This document shows positions 1-12,619 of a stretch of 43,109 nucleotides of DNA, piece by piece. This stretch comes from Octopus sinensis (lineage: Eukaryota). The notes beneath the pieces are model-generated. The model saw only the letters and a list, made by a program, of their open reading frames with translations, did no database searches and had not been told where the DNA came from. Where the stretch lies: positions 1 to 43,109 of the forward strand of contig NW_021835079.1 of the NCBI RefSeq assembly GCF_006345805.1, written 5' to 3'. Position 1 is the first letter of the stretch; the number at the start of each line of letters is the position of its first letter. A program made the translations under genes and the position numbers.

Positions 1-779
1 CAATTTGCAGTAGGATAGCTTCCTGAGAAGAATCCTTATACGACGGTGGGTATTAAAGAACATATAATGAAGAAGTAAGCGCAAAGTAAACGTAGTATTA
101 ATAAAAAAAAGGGTCATATTCAAATGGAAGGGACCGAAAAATCCAACCTCTTCATCCAGAGCTATCATCTCCGAACCGAAAACTAGAACGATTTTTACCG
201 AGCTGTTATGGATGTAAAGATAAGAAATTGTAGCCTGGGATGTATATTTACATAGCGTAGAAAATACAGATTACAGAAAAAAATGCGAAGTAAAACAGAA
301 GAATTATATAAAGTCATATCCCGACAGCTGTTTTGGGGTAAACATGGCTTACGTAATGACCGTATTCCTACTTAATTTGCAGATGATACCATAGTTGTGT
401 ATAACACCATAAGTTCCAATGAATTGTTAAGGCAAGTAGCGTAGATGCCTTTACTTAATTCCTCTCTTGTGTTTCATCTTTTTTCTTTATTCTGTAGCCT
501 TTACTTTGTACTCCGTGGAAATATGCACATCAACTCTACTGGTTTTTATCTGCATCCCTATGCAGTGGTAACACCTCGAATATAAAGTTGCATATATATG
601 TATACATTGAATGAACTTATAACGCGATTCAACCATCAGGAAGTAACTGAATGCTACATCTTAGGATCTTTCTACAGTAGAAAAACATGTCGGACAGAGA
701 TATAAAGAGGTGTAACAAACAAGCTGTTGAGGATATATAATTCTTATTTTTAATGTTTTGTACATTGCCAGAATAAATA

Positions 780-1697
780 CCACAATTCATTTTATCCCAA
801 AAGTGGAAGGTAAAGTTGACTTTAGTTGAATTTGGAACCAGAACTCTAAGGAGCAGGACCAGATAATGGTTACAAAGCGAGAAATTTTGGTAGGAAAGAG
901 GGCGTATCGATTACATCAACCCCAGTATTCAACTGTACTTTTCTATTTACTCCGAAAAGATAAAGTCAAAGTCGAGCTCGGCGGAATTCGAACTCAGAGC
1001 ACAAAGAGCCGGAAGAAATGCCGCTAAGCAATTTGTCTACTGATTTTGTCATGTTGCTTGAGGTAAAGTTGACACCAGCGGGTTTTGAACTCAGGTGAAG
1101 AGAGCCGAAACTTATTTTGTCCCAAGGCCTGCAAATTTGAAGGATGCGGAGGTCGATTACATTGGCCCAAGCGCTCAATTAGTGTTTATTTTATCAGCCC
1201 CGAAATAATGAAAGGCAATATTGACTTCTGTGGGATTCGAACTCAGAACGTAAAGGGTCGGAAGAAATGCTGCTAAATAGATTCTCCGACGCGCTAATGA
1301 TTCTGACAGGTCGCACCATCAAGGTAAATTTGACTCAGGAGAAATTTGAACTCAAGACATGAGAATCAGAACACATACTAGATTCAAATTTTGGCACAAG
1401 GCCAGTAAGGTCGGGGAGGAATTACGTTGAATACATCGACCATGTGATCAACTGGTGCTTACATCACACCAAAATGGATGAAAAGCAAAATCGACCTCAG
1501 CGGAGTTGGAACACAAAACGTAAAGTTAGCACAAGGCCAGCAATTTTGCGGGAGGAGTAGATCGATTACATCGACCCCCAGTGATCAACTGGTACTTATT
1601 TTATTGAACCGAAAAGGATGAAAGGCAAAGTGACCTCAGCAGATTGCTGCTAAGTGTTATGCCCGGTGTGCTAACGATTTTGCCAGCTCGCCGCCTT
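780..1697 (-). mobile_element. Cluster of degraded, fragmented copies of tRNA-headed SINE family 1 (MetaSINE-like core)
   Basis: Several partial reverse-complement matches to the intact copy at 17276-17503, e.g. ggcggaattcgaactcaga near 981, gaaaaggatgaaaggcaaagtgacctc near 1611, and the head ctgccagctcgccgcc near 1681. Confidence 0.8.
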
Positions 1698-1706
1698 AAC
1701 TCGGAA

Positions 1707-2156
1707 AATATGTTATTTTCAGCTCTAGGAACAAAGCCCGAAATTTTGGGGGGGAGGAGACCAGTCGATTAGATCGACCCTAGTACATAACTGGTACTTA
1801 ATTTATCGACCTCGAAAGGGTGAAATGCAAGCTCGATCTTGGCGGAATTTGAACTTAGAACGTAATGACGGACGAAATACCTATTTCTTTACTACCCACA
1901 AGGTGCTAAACACAGAGAGGACAAACAAGGACAGACAAACGGATTAAGTCGATTATATCGACCCCAGTGCGTAACTGGTTCTTCATTTATCAACCCCGAA
2001 AGGATGAAAGGCAAAGCCGACCTCGGCGGAATTGAAACTCAGAACGTAGCGGCAGACGAAATACGAATTTCTTTATTGCCTACCGGGGGCCAAACATAGA
2101 TATGGACAGGCAATGCATTTCGCCCGGCGTCCTAACGTTTCTGCCAGCTCGCCGCC
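1707..2156 (-). mobile_element. SINE family 1 head-to-tail concatemer (one head, 184-bp period) flanked by an 11-bp direct repeat
   Basis: gacgaaatac occurs at 1871 and 2055 (184 bp apart); a single head lies at about 2115-2156; ttaactcggaa flanks both sides (1696-1706 and 2157-2167). Confidence 0.85.
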
Positions 2157-2519
2157 TTAACTCGGAACTTATATTCCAAGGCATTCTCACGAAAATGTTA
2201 ATTCACTACCTTGTGAGATTAATTGCTCATATATCTATGTTGTCATAAAACAAGACATCATTTAATTAAATCTATAAAATTCTATTACAATAAATTACTG
2301 AGACTATCCGGATAAGAGTTAATAATTTCGACTCAGCTCGGCTCTGATCCCAGGACGCCAAAGCATAAATTTTTCAGATGCTGCTGTATTCTTGCTACGA
2401 GCAGTCACCCTTTAAACAGTCATATAATACCACGGAGATCATACAAGTAAAAAAATACGCAAAAAAACTCGATTCAAAGACATTCTCCAGACGCAGTCTA
2501 TCACCCCTGCCAACCTACA

Positions 2520-2671
2520 CAAACATACATGCATACACACACACACACACACACACACAACAAACAAAAACGTACACACTAACAGTATCCTGCACGCATG
2601 TATATACATGTATATTCTTACAGACACATTCATAGACATATGTACTTATATATATAAAAATATACATAATA

Positions 2672-2721
<50 letters not shown>

Positions 2722-2928
2722 TATACATATTGCATATATATATATATATACATATATATATACATATTATATGTATATATAACTATATATACATACATAT
2801 ATATATGTATATATAGTTATATATATGTGTGTATGTATATATATATATATAACATATACATCCATATATATATATATATGTATATACACCTGATACATAC
2901 ACCACAGCATGCACCCATAAAAGTCTTC

Positions 2929-2964
<36 letters not shown>

Positions 2965-3049
2965 GCATACACACCTATATATGTTAGCGTGTATATCCGT
3001 ATGTGTATTCTTAGCCCCGCAACTCGAACCAGTACGACTATACTTTTAA

Positions 3050-3095
<46 letters not shown>

Positions 3096-3779
3096 ACACA
3101 CATACATACACATACAGACACATACACACACACACACATACAATCACACATACATACACTTTCTTAAATATACATAAAGACAGATTTCTTATACATACAA
3201 TCCACCAAACTTGCTATGACCTCATATCTTTGGAATAACATGTACCATATTTTTCATTTTAACCCCATTAACACCTCTGCAAATGCTTACTTGTTCCTCG
3301 TGATACTAATGTTGTAGTGGTTATATAGCTGGCCATGGCTCTTATTTTTTTGTTGTTGTTGTTTTTAATGTTGATATTCTTGATGTAGCATTTGTTGTTG
3401 TTGTTGTTGCAATTGCTGTCGTTGGTGATGTATGTAATATATTGGTGTTTTATAAGGGTGAAGGCATGTGTACATGCGCTTATGTTGTGTATGCGTGTTT
3501 CTATGTGTGTGCGAGTATGAGTTTGTGTGTGTGTGTATATATGTGTGTGTGTGTGTGTGTGTCTAAATTTACATAGTTTTATACATATGTATTGTATGAT
3601 TGTATATATAATTGTGTATATGTAAATATGTATCTATACATGCACACACATGTATATGCGTGTGTATGTGTCCCCTTTTATATATATATATATATATATA
3701 TACATATATATGTATGTATTTATGTGTATGTATGTATGTATGTATGTATGCATGTATGTATGTATGTATACATAATATA

Positions 3780-3817
<38 letters not shown>

Positions 3818-3950
3818 TATATTTCAGAAATACATGTACAGATAATTGTACAAGAGTGCTTCTATGTATTATAAACAGCAATATATATGCACATATATAC
3901 ACTTATATATGTGGTTGTATGAAATATATACACGCACTGTTGTACTAATG

Positions 3951-3989
<39 letters not shown>

Positions 3990-4135
3990 TGTGTACGTAT
4001 ACACACATATATATGTTTATATATAATAATATATATATATATATATATACGTTTATATATATATATATGTATGTATATATGTATATATGTGCGTATATAT
4101 GCGTATATAGTGATGTATACATGTATATATGAACT
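2520..4135. repeat. Compound (CA)n/(TA)n/(TG)n/(TATG)n microsatellite blocks
   Basis: Directly visible; they generate the YIYI, HTHT and VCVC ORFs in the track. Confidence 0.95.
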
Positions 4136-4389
4136 GTCTACTGATACATGTTGCCTGTGCTAGATCTCCGCCCTCATCCATCATTCCTCTGAACTCCCCG
4201 AACCCGCAAAACAACTAAAAAAAGAAAAAAATTAGAAAATCTATAGTTTGTTTTTATTATTTATTTCTTGCTCTCTCTCTCTCTCTCTCAGTTTTTCTTC
4301 TTTTTTATTTTGCATTTTGTTCTTATTAAAGTGTAGACCACCCTTGAGACACACACACACTATGAATGGAGTTGATATGTACTTGATGT

Positions 4390-4575
4390 TGATGTTAGTG
4401 CTGTTTCTTCTTCTTCTTCTACTGCTGCGCTGCTGCTGCTGCTGCTGCTGCTGCAACTGCCGTTGGTGCAAAGGGTGTTTGGTTCGGATGCTAGTTAAGG
4501 CGCTGGTTCTCGAGTCTGAATTGGTGATTTTAGTGTTGTTGTTGTTGATGATGATGATGATGGTGGTGGTGATGG

Positions 4576-4612
<37 letters not shown>

Positions 4613-4990
4613 AGTGGTAGTGGTCGTGATGGTATTGGGCTTGTTAATGTTTTTGGTGGTGGTGGTGGTGGTGGTGTGGTGGTGGTGGGAGGAGTTGTAG
4701 TGCTGATGGTTATAGTAACGGTGTTGTTGGTTTGGTGATAGTGTTGTTATACTGATGGTGGTGATGGCAGTATTATTGGTGGTGGCGATGGTGGTGTTGT
4801 TCTTGGTGGCAGTACTGGTGGTAGTAATAGTGGTAGTCGTGATTGTGGTGCTGCTTCTGGAGGTGATATTGATGGTCGTAATTGTAGCACTGGTGATAGT
4901 TGTTGTTGTGGTGGTGGTGGTGTGGTAGTGGTGGTTGTGGTGGTGGTAAAGATGATATTGGTGATGGTGGTGTTAAAACTAGTGCTAACC
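4390..4990. repeat. Degenerate trinucleotide array (CTG/GAT/GGT/GTT)
   Basis: Runs of ctg, gat, ggt and gtt triplets. Confidence 0.9.
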
Positions 4991-5729
4991 ATGTAACCGC
5001 TGCTAGTGGTTAGTGATGATAGTGGTGGAGGTACTAGTGATATTGGTAGGGCTTGAAACGCTATGGTGGATCATGGTGCCCGCGCTGTTGTTGGTGTTGT
5101 ATGGGCTGTAGTACATATGCGTCATGAAGTTTGAGAAGCGTAATATCTCTAGGAAATCTTGCCGTAACGTGGAGTTCCATAAGGCAAAGTCAATTATCCT
5201 ACTGGGATTCTTGTTACATAGAAATCAATGGACGATGGTGAAACTCATAGTTACGGTCAGGTTTCCATGAGCGCAACGCTTCCGTAGCCCTTCTCTCTTT
5301 CTCTTTCTTTCTTTCTTTCTTTCTCTCTCTTTCTCTTTGGATGTTTGTGGTGGTGGTGGTGGTGGAGCCGTAGGTGCATGTGAAGACGGTGGTATTTTTG
5401 GCGCTGTTGTTAGTAACACTGCTGATGGCGCTGGTACATAACCGCTGCGATGATAACGGGCTGCTGGGGGTAGGTACAGATGGAGAAGTAAGCGAGATTT
5501 TTGGCTATGTTTATAGTAATAATAATGGCGTTGAAAGTGGTGGTAATTTGTTAGTGGGGTTCGGGTTGACGGTGGGTCCATGATATAGGTGCTCAGTGGA
5601 AAAGGGGGGTGACGCGAGTTCAAAAAGACAGTTGTGGAAGAGAAGAGGTACGAGAAAAAAGTTAATTCCAAGTAGACAGGGGTGTAACACTGTACTTGAC
5701 CGAGATCTCATTTAGACGTCGAGAATTAC

Positions 5730-5826
5730 TTTAATCTGACACATAATATTTATATCCTCCCCGCTTCCATTATCCGTCGTCATCCCACCATCTCTGTGTT
5801 TCTGTTTCCAGTTAAAAAACAGGCCC
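5730..5826 (-). other. Weak candidate internal exon (97 nt), unidentified peptide
   Basis: Minus strand tgtgtttttgtag|G ... AAA|gtaatt; only one open frame, GLFFNWKQKHRDGGMTTDNGSGEDINIMCQIK. No homologue recognised. Confidence 0.2.
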
Positions 5827-5981
5827 CTACAAAAACACACGCACACACACACACACAGATAGATAAAGAGACAGTCAGATTTATGCATACATAAACAGAT
5901 ACATATATACACACGCACACACACACATATATATATACATACATACATACATACAAACATACATATATACATGCATACATA

Positions 5982-6044
5982 TAGGGTGTCCCAGAGTTAA
6001 TTATCTATAGTTAATTCATAGATAGTTAATTGTGGAATACCCTG
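5982..6044. mobile_element. 63-bp palindromic Tc1/mariner-type micro-MITE or deletion relic
   Basis: TA|tagggtgtccc...gaataccctg|TA; the 27-bp arms match at 21/27 positions around a 9-nt loop; the termini resemble the CAGGGTG end at 10252. Confidence 0.6.
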
Positions 6045-6050
6045 TATATA

Positions 6051-6104
<54 letters not shown>

Positions 6105-6134
6105 CATGCATGCATACATACATACATACATACA

Positions 6135-6165
<31 letters not shown>

Positions 6166-7197
6166 GTGTGTATCTGTACGTCATCAAGTTTGGGAAGCTT
6201 CTAAAAACCTTTCGTAACACACATATCCCTCTCTCATCCTCTCTCTGTCCCTCTCTCTCTTTCTCTCTCTCCTTCTTACGCTCTTTTCTTTCACTCTCAA
6301 TCTATCTCCCACTCTGTCTCTCACTCTCTCTGTCTCTCTGTCTCTCTCTCCCTCTCTTCCCCCTCTCTCTCTATCTATCTATATGTCTCTATGTATCGTT
6401 CTATCCCTCAATCTATATCCCTCTCTCTAAACACACACACATACATATTTAACGTCATATTAATTTATAAAGTTTCGAGAGATTCTGAAATAATTCGTTT
6501 TGAGAATCGGTTCTCAGACCAAATGAAATTCTGTAAATGATAGCATGTAAGTATCGGACTGAGAAACCCTTTTGAATAATAAAAAGTCGAAGGCAAATCC
6601 GGCGACTTCCGACTTCTTCAATCGAAAGGCGTTTTTTAACCCCAAAATTACTTGCTATTTTTCAACGCCAATAGGCACCTTGTTAGGTCGAAATAATTTG
6701 CACATCGAAGCAATAACAGGTTAATAACACATTCTGTAGAGAAGACTTTGCCCTTGATATTCTTGCAGTGTATGCAGATAATATGACCCAACTTAGTAAA
6801 GAAGATCCGCTCTTTGTTGTTCAGACATGTACTTTATATATCAATACAAAAATACTTTCTATAAAATTTCCGAAGTTCTGATTCCAGGAGAGGCGAATAA
6901 AATTTAAATGAGTAACAAAGATGTACGGGTGTCAATTCATTACGGCCGTTTCATTGAATAAGTATCTTTGCATGTACGAGTATATATAGTAGGAATAAAA
7001 ATACGTATTCTGATCAATAAATATCTGGACTGTTGCCATTGTAGCGAAGCTAAAGCACGCAGAGTAAAGCCGCTTAGTACAGATTGACCTTCAATTTTCT
7101 TGAACATGCACATTAAGTTTTAACTTTCTAGCTCAATTCTGCTGTTTACAGCAGTGCTTAGGAATAACGTTTGTATCGTGTGATCTTCTCCTTGAAC

Positions 7198-7278
7198 ATG
7201 ACAGAGGAAGTTGAGCTGAGAATCTGTATCAAATTTTACCAAAAGCTTGGCGTTACCTGTTCAGAGACCTACGCAAAG
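7198..7278 (+). pseudogene. Mariner transposase N-terminus fragment (left arm)
   Basis: Translates as MTEEVELRICIKFYQKLGVTCSETYAK, the typical mariner first-HTH start (xRxCIKFxxKLG). Confidence 0.8.
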
Positions 7279-7688
7279 TTTCCAAAATGTTTTCAGCGTT
7301 CTCGACACAATCAATGAGATCTTGTGCAACTGGAACCCGAGTGTCTTTTTGATCAGCTAAAAGCAGTTTTAGCACAAACTTGCCAGACACATGTATCATA
7401 CCCAAATCTTCAGTGATAAGGAACTGAACTGAACCATAATTTTTCTGCACATTCTCTGATAACTCACGGTGGGTGATCAACGATTTCCCTCACAGTTGCA
7501 TGCACGTCTGCGACGTTTTTCTCCGTTTGGCTGGTTGGGGGTCTCCCAGAACGTTCGACACCATCGACATTTTTTCGGTCATCTTGGAAACGTCTGAACG
7601 CCTCGTACATGTGGATGCGACCCATGCATTTTCTGCTACTTTGCGTAAGCCTCTGAGCAGGTATCGCCATGACAACTTTCTCCGCCAT
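7277..7688 (-). pseudogene. Mariner transposase N-terminal part, frameshifted and internally deleted (right arm)
   Basis: YEAFRRFQDDRKNVDGVERSGRP (ERSGRP linker), then RELSE...GSVQFLITEDLGMIHVSGKFVLKLL (decayed WVPHxL-type motif). It ends before the first catalytic D. Confidence 0.9.
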
Positions 7689-8478
7689 GGTCATTGCGAC
7701 GATAACACGCTACACAGCTTCCTTCTAAGCACTGCTATAAACAGCGGAAGTGAGCTAGAATGTTAAAACTTAGTGCGCGTGCACAACAGAGTTCAAGGTC
7801 AATCTGTGCCAATTGGCTTCACACTGCGTGCCTTAGTTCCGTTACTATAGCAATAGTCCAGATACTTAAATCGTAAGATTTAATTTTAAAATTTAATGCA
7901 AAAATTCAAAATTCAGTTTTTGAAAATCGAAAATTTAAAAAGAAAGGACTTTCCAAATTGCTTGAGTATAAATATATTTTTTTGCCAAATATCTTTGGCA
8001 ATTTGGCTGGAAAGACGGGAATATTTAGAAAATTTCTACACTTCTTGTTTATTGTAAAGCCGTCAGATTGTACTATACATACTTACGTACATACATACAT
8101 ATATACATAAATACATACATACATACATACATACATACATACGAATACGGCGATACTGCGTTCAAAGATATCACTTACTTTCCTGTATCGTACGATTGAC
8201 ATGCGACGCTTTAAAAAATAAATAGATGTAGCTTCGTTCATATATGCACGTGTTTGGTACCTATACACACACATGTGTATACCTGTGTTTGTGATTATAT
8301 ATATAGAGAGAGAGAAAGAGAGAGAGCGGACAGTGTCAACGTGTATTGGAAGGGGTTGCAAAACGCAACGAAAATTTTTGCAAAAATAAGTAAATAATGA
8401 GTGGAAATCGAACCGGTGCGTGTGTTAAGTAATAGGGTACTGAAAGAAAATTACTCTTCCCAGACACAATAATATATA

Positions 8479-8514
<36 letters not shown>

Positions 8515-9163
8515 TGTATGTATGTATGTATGTGTGTATGTATGTATGTATGTATGCATGTATGTATGTGTGCGTTTGTGTGTGTGTATGACATGTGCGT
8601 ATGTTTTGTGAGTTACAATCAACGAATGAACACGTGATCAAGTATCTGCGAAAATGTGTGCAATTGTGTCGACGCGTGTATGCGGTCAAATCAAAAGAAA
8701 AGATATAGTAGACCGTTGTTTCAAATAAGCAAGAAAATAGCCAGTTGCGACTAGCTTTCCTCTTGCTCTTTGTGTTTTTAAACGAGCTAACATATAGCTA
8801 CTTCACGACATAATGAAGCTAGTTGGAAATATATATATTATGGCTATGGTTTAATGGGCTTTGATGTGAAGAGGTACAGGTTAGCATGGCAAAGAGCTGG
8901 AGGTTTGTAATAGGAATGTGGTGGCCGTGGTGATAACGGTGACAACGATGGCTATGTTGATAGATTGATAGATGTGGACGTAAGTAAGAGAGATAAACAC
9001 AGAGACACATAGATATTCTCACATATAACATCCACTGATAGATGCATATATAAGTGTGCGTGCGTGTGTGTGCGTGTGTGTGCACGTATGTGTATGTATA
9101 TATGTATCTATGTATGTATATATGTACACACACATTCAATATATATACATACACACATACATA

Positions 9164-9213
<50 letters not shown>

Positions 9214-9322
9214 TATACCACACTAATCCCTCGCCATATTCCTGTTCACGTATCGCGGTTTATTATTTACGTCGATTCCTCCGTGGTGTTGTTTTGCATT
9301 TATAATAAAATAAATGTATACA

Positions 9323-9359
<37 letters not shown>

Positions 9360-9528
9360 TAATAATAATAATAATAATAATAATATATATATGTATGTAT
9401 GTATACAGCACACTAAGGTTTCTACTTTGCGGATGTTCACCTATTGCAGGTGGTTTTGGAATGTAACACCCGCGATAGTCGGCGGACTTTTACATATACA
9501 ATCATAATATATATCTATATATAATATA

Positions 9529-9572
<44 letters not shown>

Positions 9573-9866
9573 TACACAATCGCACTCAAACACACACATA
9601 TGTATGTATATTATAAGTGTGTTTCTAGTATGTGGGTATATTAGTGCATATGAATATGTAAATATATATATAGCTCAAGGCATGGTATAAAGATTTTAAA
9701 AAAACAAGAGACAGGGATATGTGAGGGGAAAACGGACAAGGTATATTAGTTTGACGCTCAGGAAAAATGGAAGACGTCTTTGACATTTTGAGCCGACGCA
9801 CTTCTATAGAAAGGAATGAGGAAAGAAATCAGATGAGAAGAGGGAAACGATAGTGTATATACATAT

Positions 9867-9914
<48 letters not shown>

Positions 9915-10249
9915 TATATATATGCATATATGATTCTGAATGTAACCAACTCTTATGTATTGATGAGCTTTCCGAAATAAACATGCATGCCATTCTTATG
10001 GCTCTCAAGATGCTGTTGAATGTTACATAATCATTCAGCTGTGAGTGTGCAGAAACATCTGTAAGCGAAAGAAGGTGATTGCATAACACCTGTTCTTTTG
10101 TCAGACATATATCGATATTACTCTCTGTCTAAAGCATGAATACACTGAATTCTAACTATGGTTCGATGAAATGATAACCACTGTATTGCTGTAGGGCAAT
10201 GGACATTGGATGTGAGAATTACACGATATATGATTCATTTTTATATATA

Positions 10250-10657
10250 TACAGGGTGGAGCAGAGAGGACGGACGTTTTAGAAAAATTCACAAAATCAT
10301 TAATTTTAACTGCAAACAAATTCTATTGACATCAATGTATTTGTATTGAATTAGCATTTGTCAAAATTGAATGTGGAAAGCAAAATCCATCATGTGGTGT
10401 CTGTTTTCATTGATATATTTCTGAAGGCGTTCTTGAAAGTTGGTCTCCACTCTCTCCAGCATTGCTCTGTCGACTTCCACGCAAATAGCGTCCTTCAAAT
10501 CGTCCAATGTACAGGGCTTATGCGCATACATTCGTGCCTTGAGGCTTCCCCACAATAAATTATAAGACGTGGCCAAATCAGTGGACCGAGAGTGCCAAGG
10601 AATGTCAGCAAACGTGGAAATGAGGCGCTCGCGGAAGAGAAAGCGAAGAATGCCCAT
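10250..10657 (-). mobile_element. Tc1/mariner-superfamily 3' remnant with terminal repeat
   Basis: IPWHSRSTDLATSYNLLWGSLKARMYAHKPCTLDDLKDAI is a decayed WPPRSPDLxPxDFFLWGxLK; the element ends at TA-CAGGGTG (10250-10258) inside a TA run. Confidence 0.85.
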
Positions 10658-11039
10658 TGATGCAGTGAGTTTGTATGTGTGTGTGAATGTGTGTGTATGT
10701 GAGTGTGTTTGCTGTCCCGCGTGTGAGTGCAGAGTGTCTTTGCTACTTTCGTATTAAGGAATATTTTGCGCTTTACGGAGGATTTCTTGTTACAAACATA
10801 TTTTCGCACTGTGTATTTCTTTCTGCTTCTCTCTCTCTCTTTCTCTCTGTATGTCTGATTGCCTCTCCCTCACACTCACTCCCTCTCTGTTATATATTGA
10901 TATATTCGTTTCATTTTTTTCAATATTGTTCTATCATTATCTGTTATTAAGGATTAAACTATCATTATTCTTATTGTTTTTCTGTAATGGCCAAAACAGC
11001 TTAAAGCCAATACAATAATAAACAAATATATATCTATGG

Positions 11040-11855
11040 CTGTTTCTTTTTGAAGCCTTGTGGCTAATGAAGAAATTATCATCATTACCGTCATTTTCGT
11101 TTTTTGTCGTTATTCCTATTATCAGTAGCACACCGAGCAAAATACTTAGCGGCATTTCTTCCGTCTTTATTTTCGTGGTTCAAATACACCGAGGTCGACT
11201 TGTCTTTTATGCTTTCGGGGCCGATAAAATAAACAACACTCGAATACTAACTAGGACCGATGTTATCAACTAACTTCTTTCACCTAAAAACAATTGCTAA
11301 CCTTACGCCAAAATTTGAAACAAGAGGCAGCGAACTGACAAAATCGTTAGCGCATCGAGACAAAATGTTTAGCTGCTTCGCGGCTTTACTCCCGGCTTTT
11401 TTACTCTCGGTTCAAATAATCTATCGTATCACATAGAGTTTCATGACAACCAACTCGAAAAGAAGAAACCGGTGACTTGATGGACATTCACGGTTCATAC
11501 GTTGTACATTTTTTATTTTATTTTATTTATTTATTTACTTATTTATTTTGAAGCCTTGTGGCTAATGAAGGAATTATCATCATTATTGTCATCTTCGTCC
11601 TTGTCGTTTTCTTATTATTATTAGCACGCTGGACAAAATGCTTAGCAGTGTTTCTTCCGTCTTCATTTTCGGAGTTCAAATACCACCGACATGGACTTAT
11701 ACAGGCCACCATAGAGAATCTTATACTGATTTCAAATTTTGGTACACGGCCAGCAATTTCGGAGTCTGGGGTAAGTCGATTACATCGATTTCAATGCTCG
11801 ATTGATGCTCCTTTTATTGTCGCCGAAAGGATGAAAGGCAAAGTCGAGCTCGGAG
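11040..11855. mobile_element. Degraded SINE family 1 copies: two tail+body units on + (about 11040-11250, 11550-11695) and a partial copy on - (about 11720-11855)
   Basis: gaagccttgtggctaatgaag occurs twice about 500 bp apart, each followed by ttagc...gttcaaata; reverse core gaaaggatgaaaggcaaagtcgagctcgg at 11825. Confidence 0.7.
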
Positions 11856-11857
11856 TG

Positions 11858-12290
11858 GTGGAATGTGGCTTAGTGGTTAGGGTGTTGGACTCATGATCGT
11901 GAAATTGTGGTTTAAATTCCTGGACAGGCGACATGTTATGTTCTTGTGCAAAACACTTCACTTCACGTTGCTCCAGGTTACTCCTTTGGCAAAAATGAAT
12001 AACCTGCGACGGACCAGTGTCCCGTCCAGTTGGGGAAATTATACGGCATGAAACCGGGAAATCGGCCCTTATCAGTTGGCATAACTCGAGAAAGTAAACT
12101 TGTGGAGGCGCATGGCTTCGGTGGTTAGGGTGTTTGACGCATGATCGTAAGATGGTGGTTTCAATTCTTGGATTGAGCATGTACGTTCTTGAGCAGAAAG
12201 CTTCAGTTCATATTGTTTCAGTTCACCCGATTGACAAAAAGGATTAACAATGCGATGGACCGGTGTGAAGCAGGGAAACCGGTCCTTATG
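11858..12290 (+). mobile_element. Two tandem degraded tRNA-headed SINEs, CORE-like domain (family 2-related)
   Basis: A-box-like tggcttagtgg and tggcttcggtgg; central ttgtgcaaaacacttcacttcacgttgctccagg resembles the central domain of the 31291-31616 copy. Confidence 0.7.
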
Positions 12291-12619
12291 TGTCGGTATT
12301 ACTAGAGAATGGAAATTAACTTCCAAAGTCGAGCTCCGCGAAATTTGAATTCAAAACACAAAGACAGGTGGAATGCCACTAAACATTCCGTGACTGGCGT
12401 GTTAACGATTTGACCAGAATCCTATATGAAGCATTAATATATTATGCTTGATTCATTCCTGTTTTTTTTTTTTTTTGTATAAGAAAAAAAATAGTGTCCC
12501 TAAGTGGTGTCAATGGCGCATCAGCAATCATCGTCAATGTGTCTTATATCCGCGTCTGTATTTCTCCTACCCGCTACCCTTCCACATTAACCCCATGGTT
12601 ATTGTCATGTAGATCATAA

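Larger units (their letters stand above)
7002..7875. mobile_element. Mariner-derived fold-back element made of two inverted 5' ends
   Basis: Left arm (about 7002-7280, +) aligns to the reverse complement of about 7640-7875 (e.g. tatctggact, cagattgacctt, taagttttaac, gcagtgcttag); TA at both outer ends. Confidence 0.8.

Noticed and set aside
361-430. FADDT peptide (ttt gca gat gat acc at 376) resembling an RT YADD motif
   Set aside because: There is an in-frame stop immediately upstream and no neighbouring RT motifs such as QG or DFxKAFD; it could be chance or an unrecognisable relic.
4248-4700. 150-aa hydrophobic ORF
   Set aside because: It is a translation of CT, CTG, GAT and GGT microsatellites with no domain.
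5030-5215. Minus-strand open frame NPSRIIDFALWNSTLRQDFLEILRFSNF...
   Set aside because: The acceptor is weak (AAG), I recognise no homology, and the frame runs into a Thr-type repeat.
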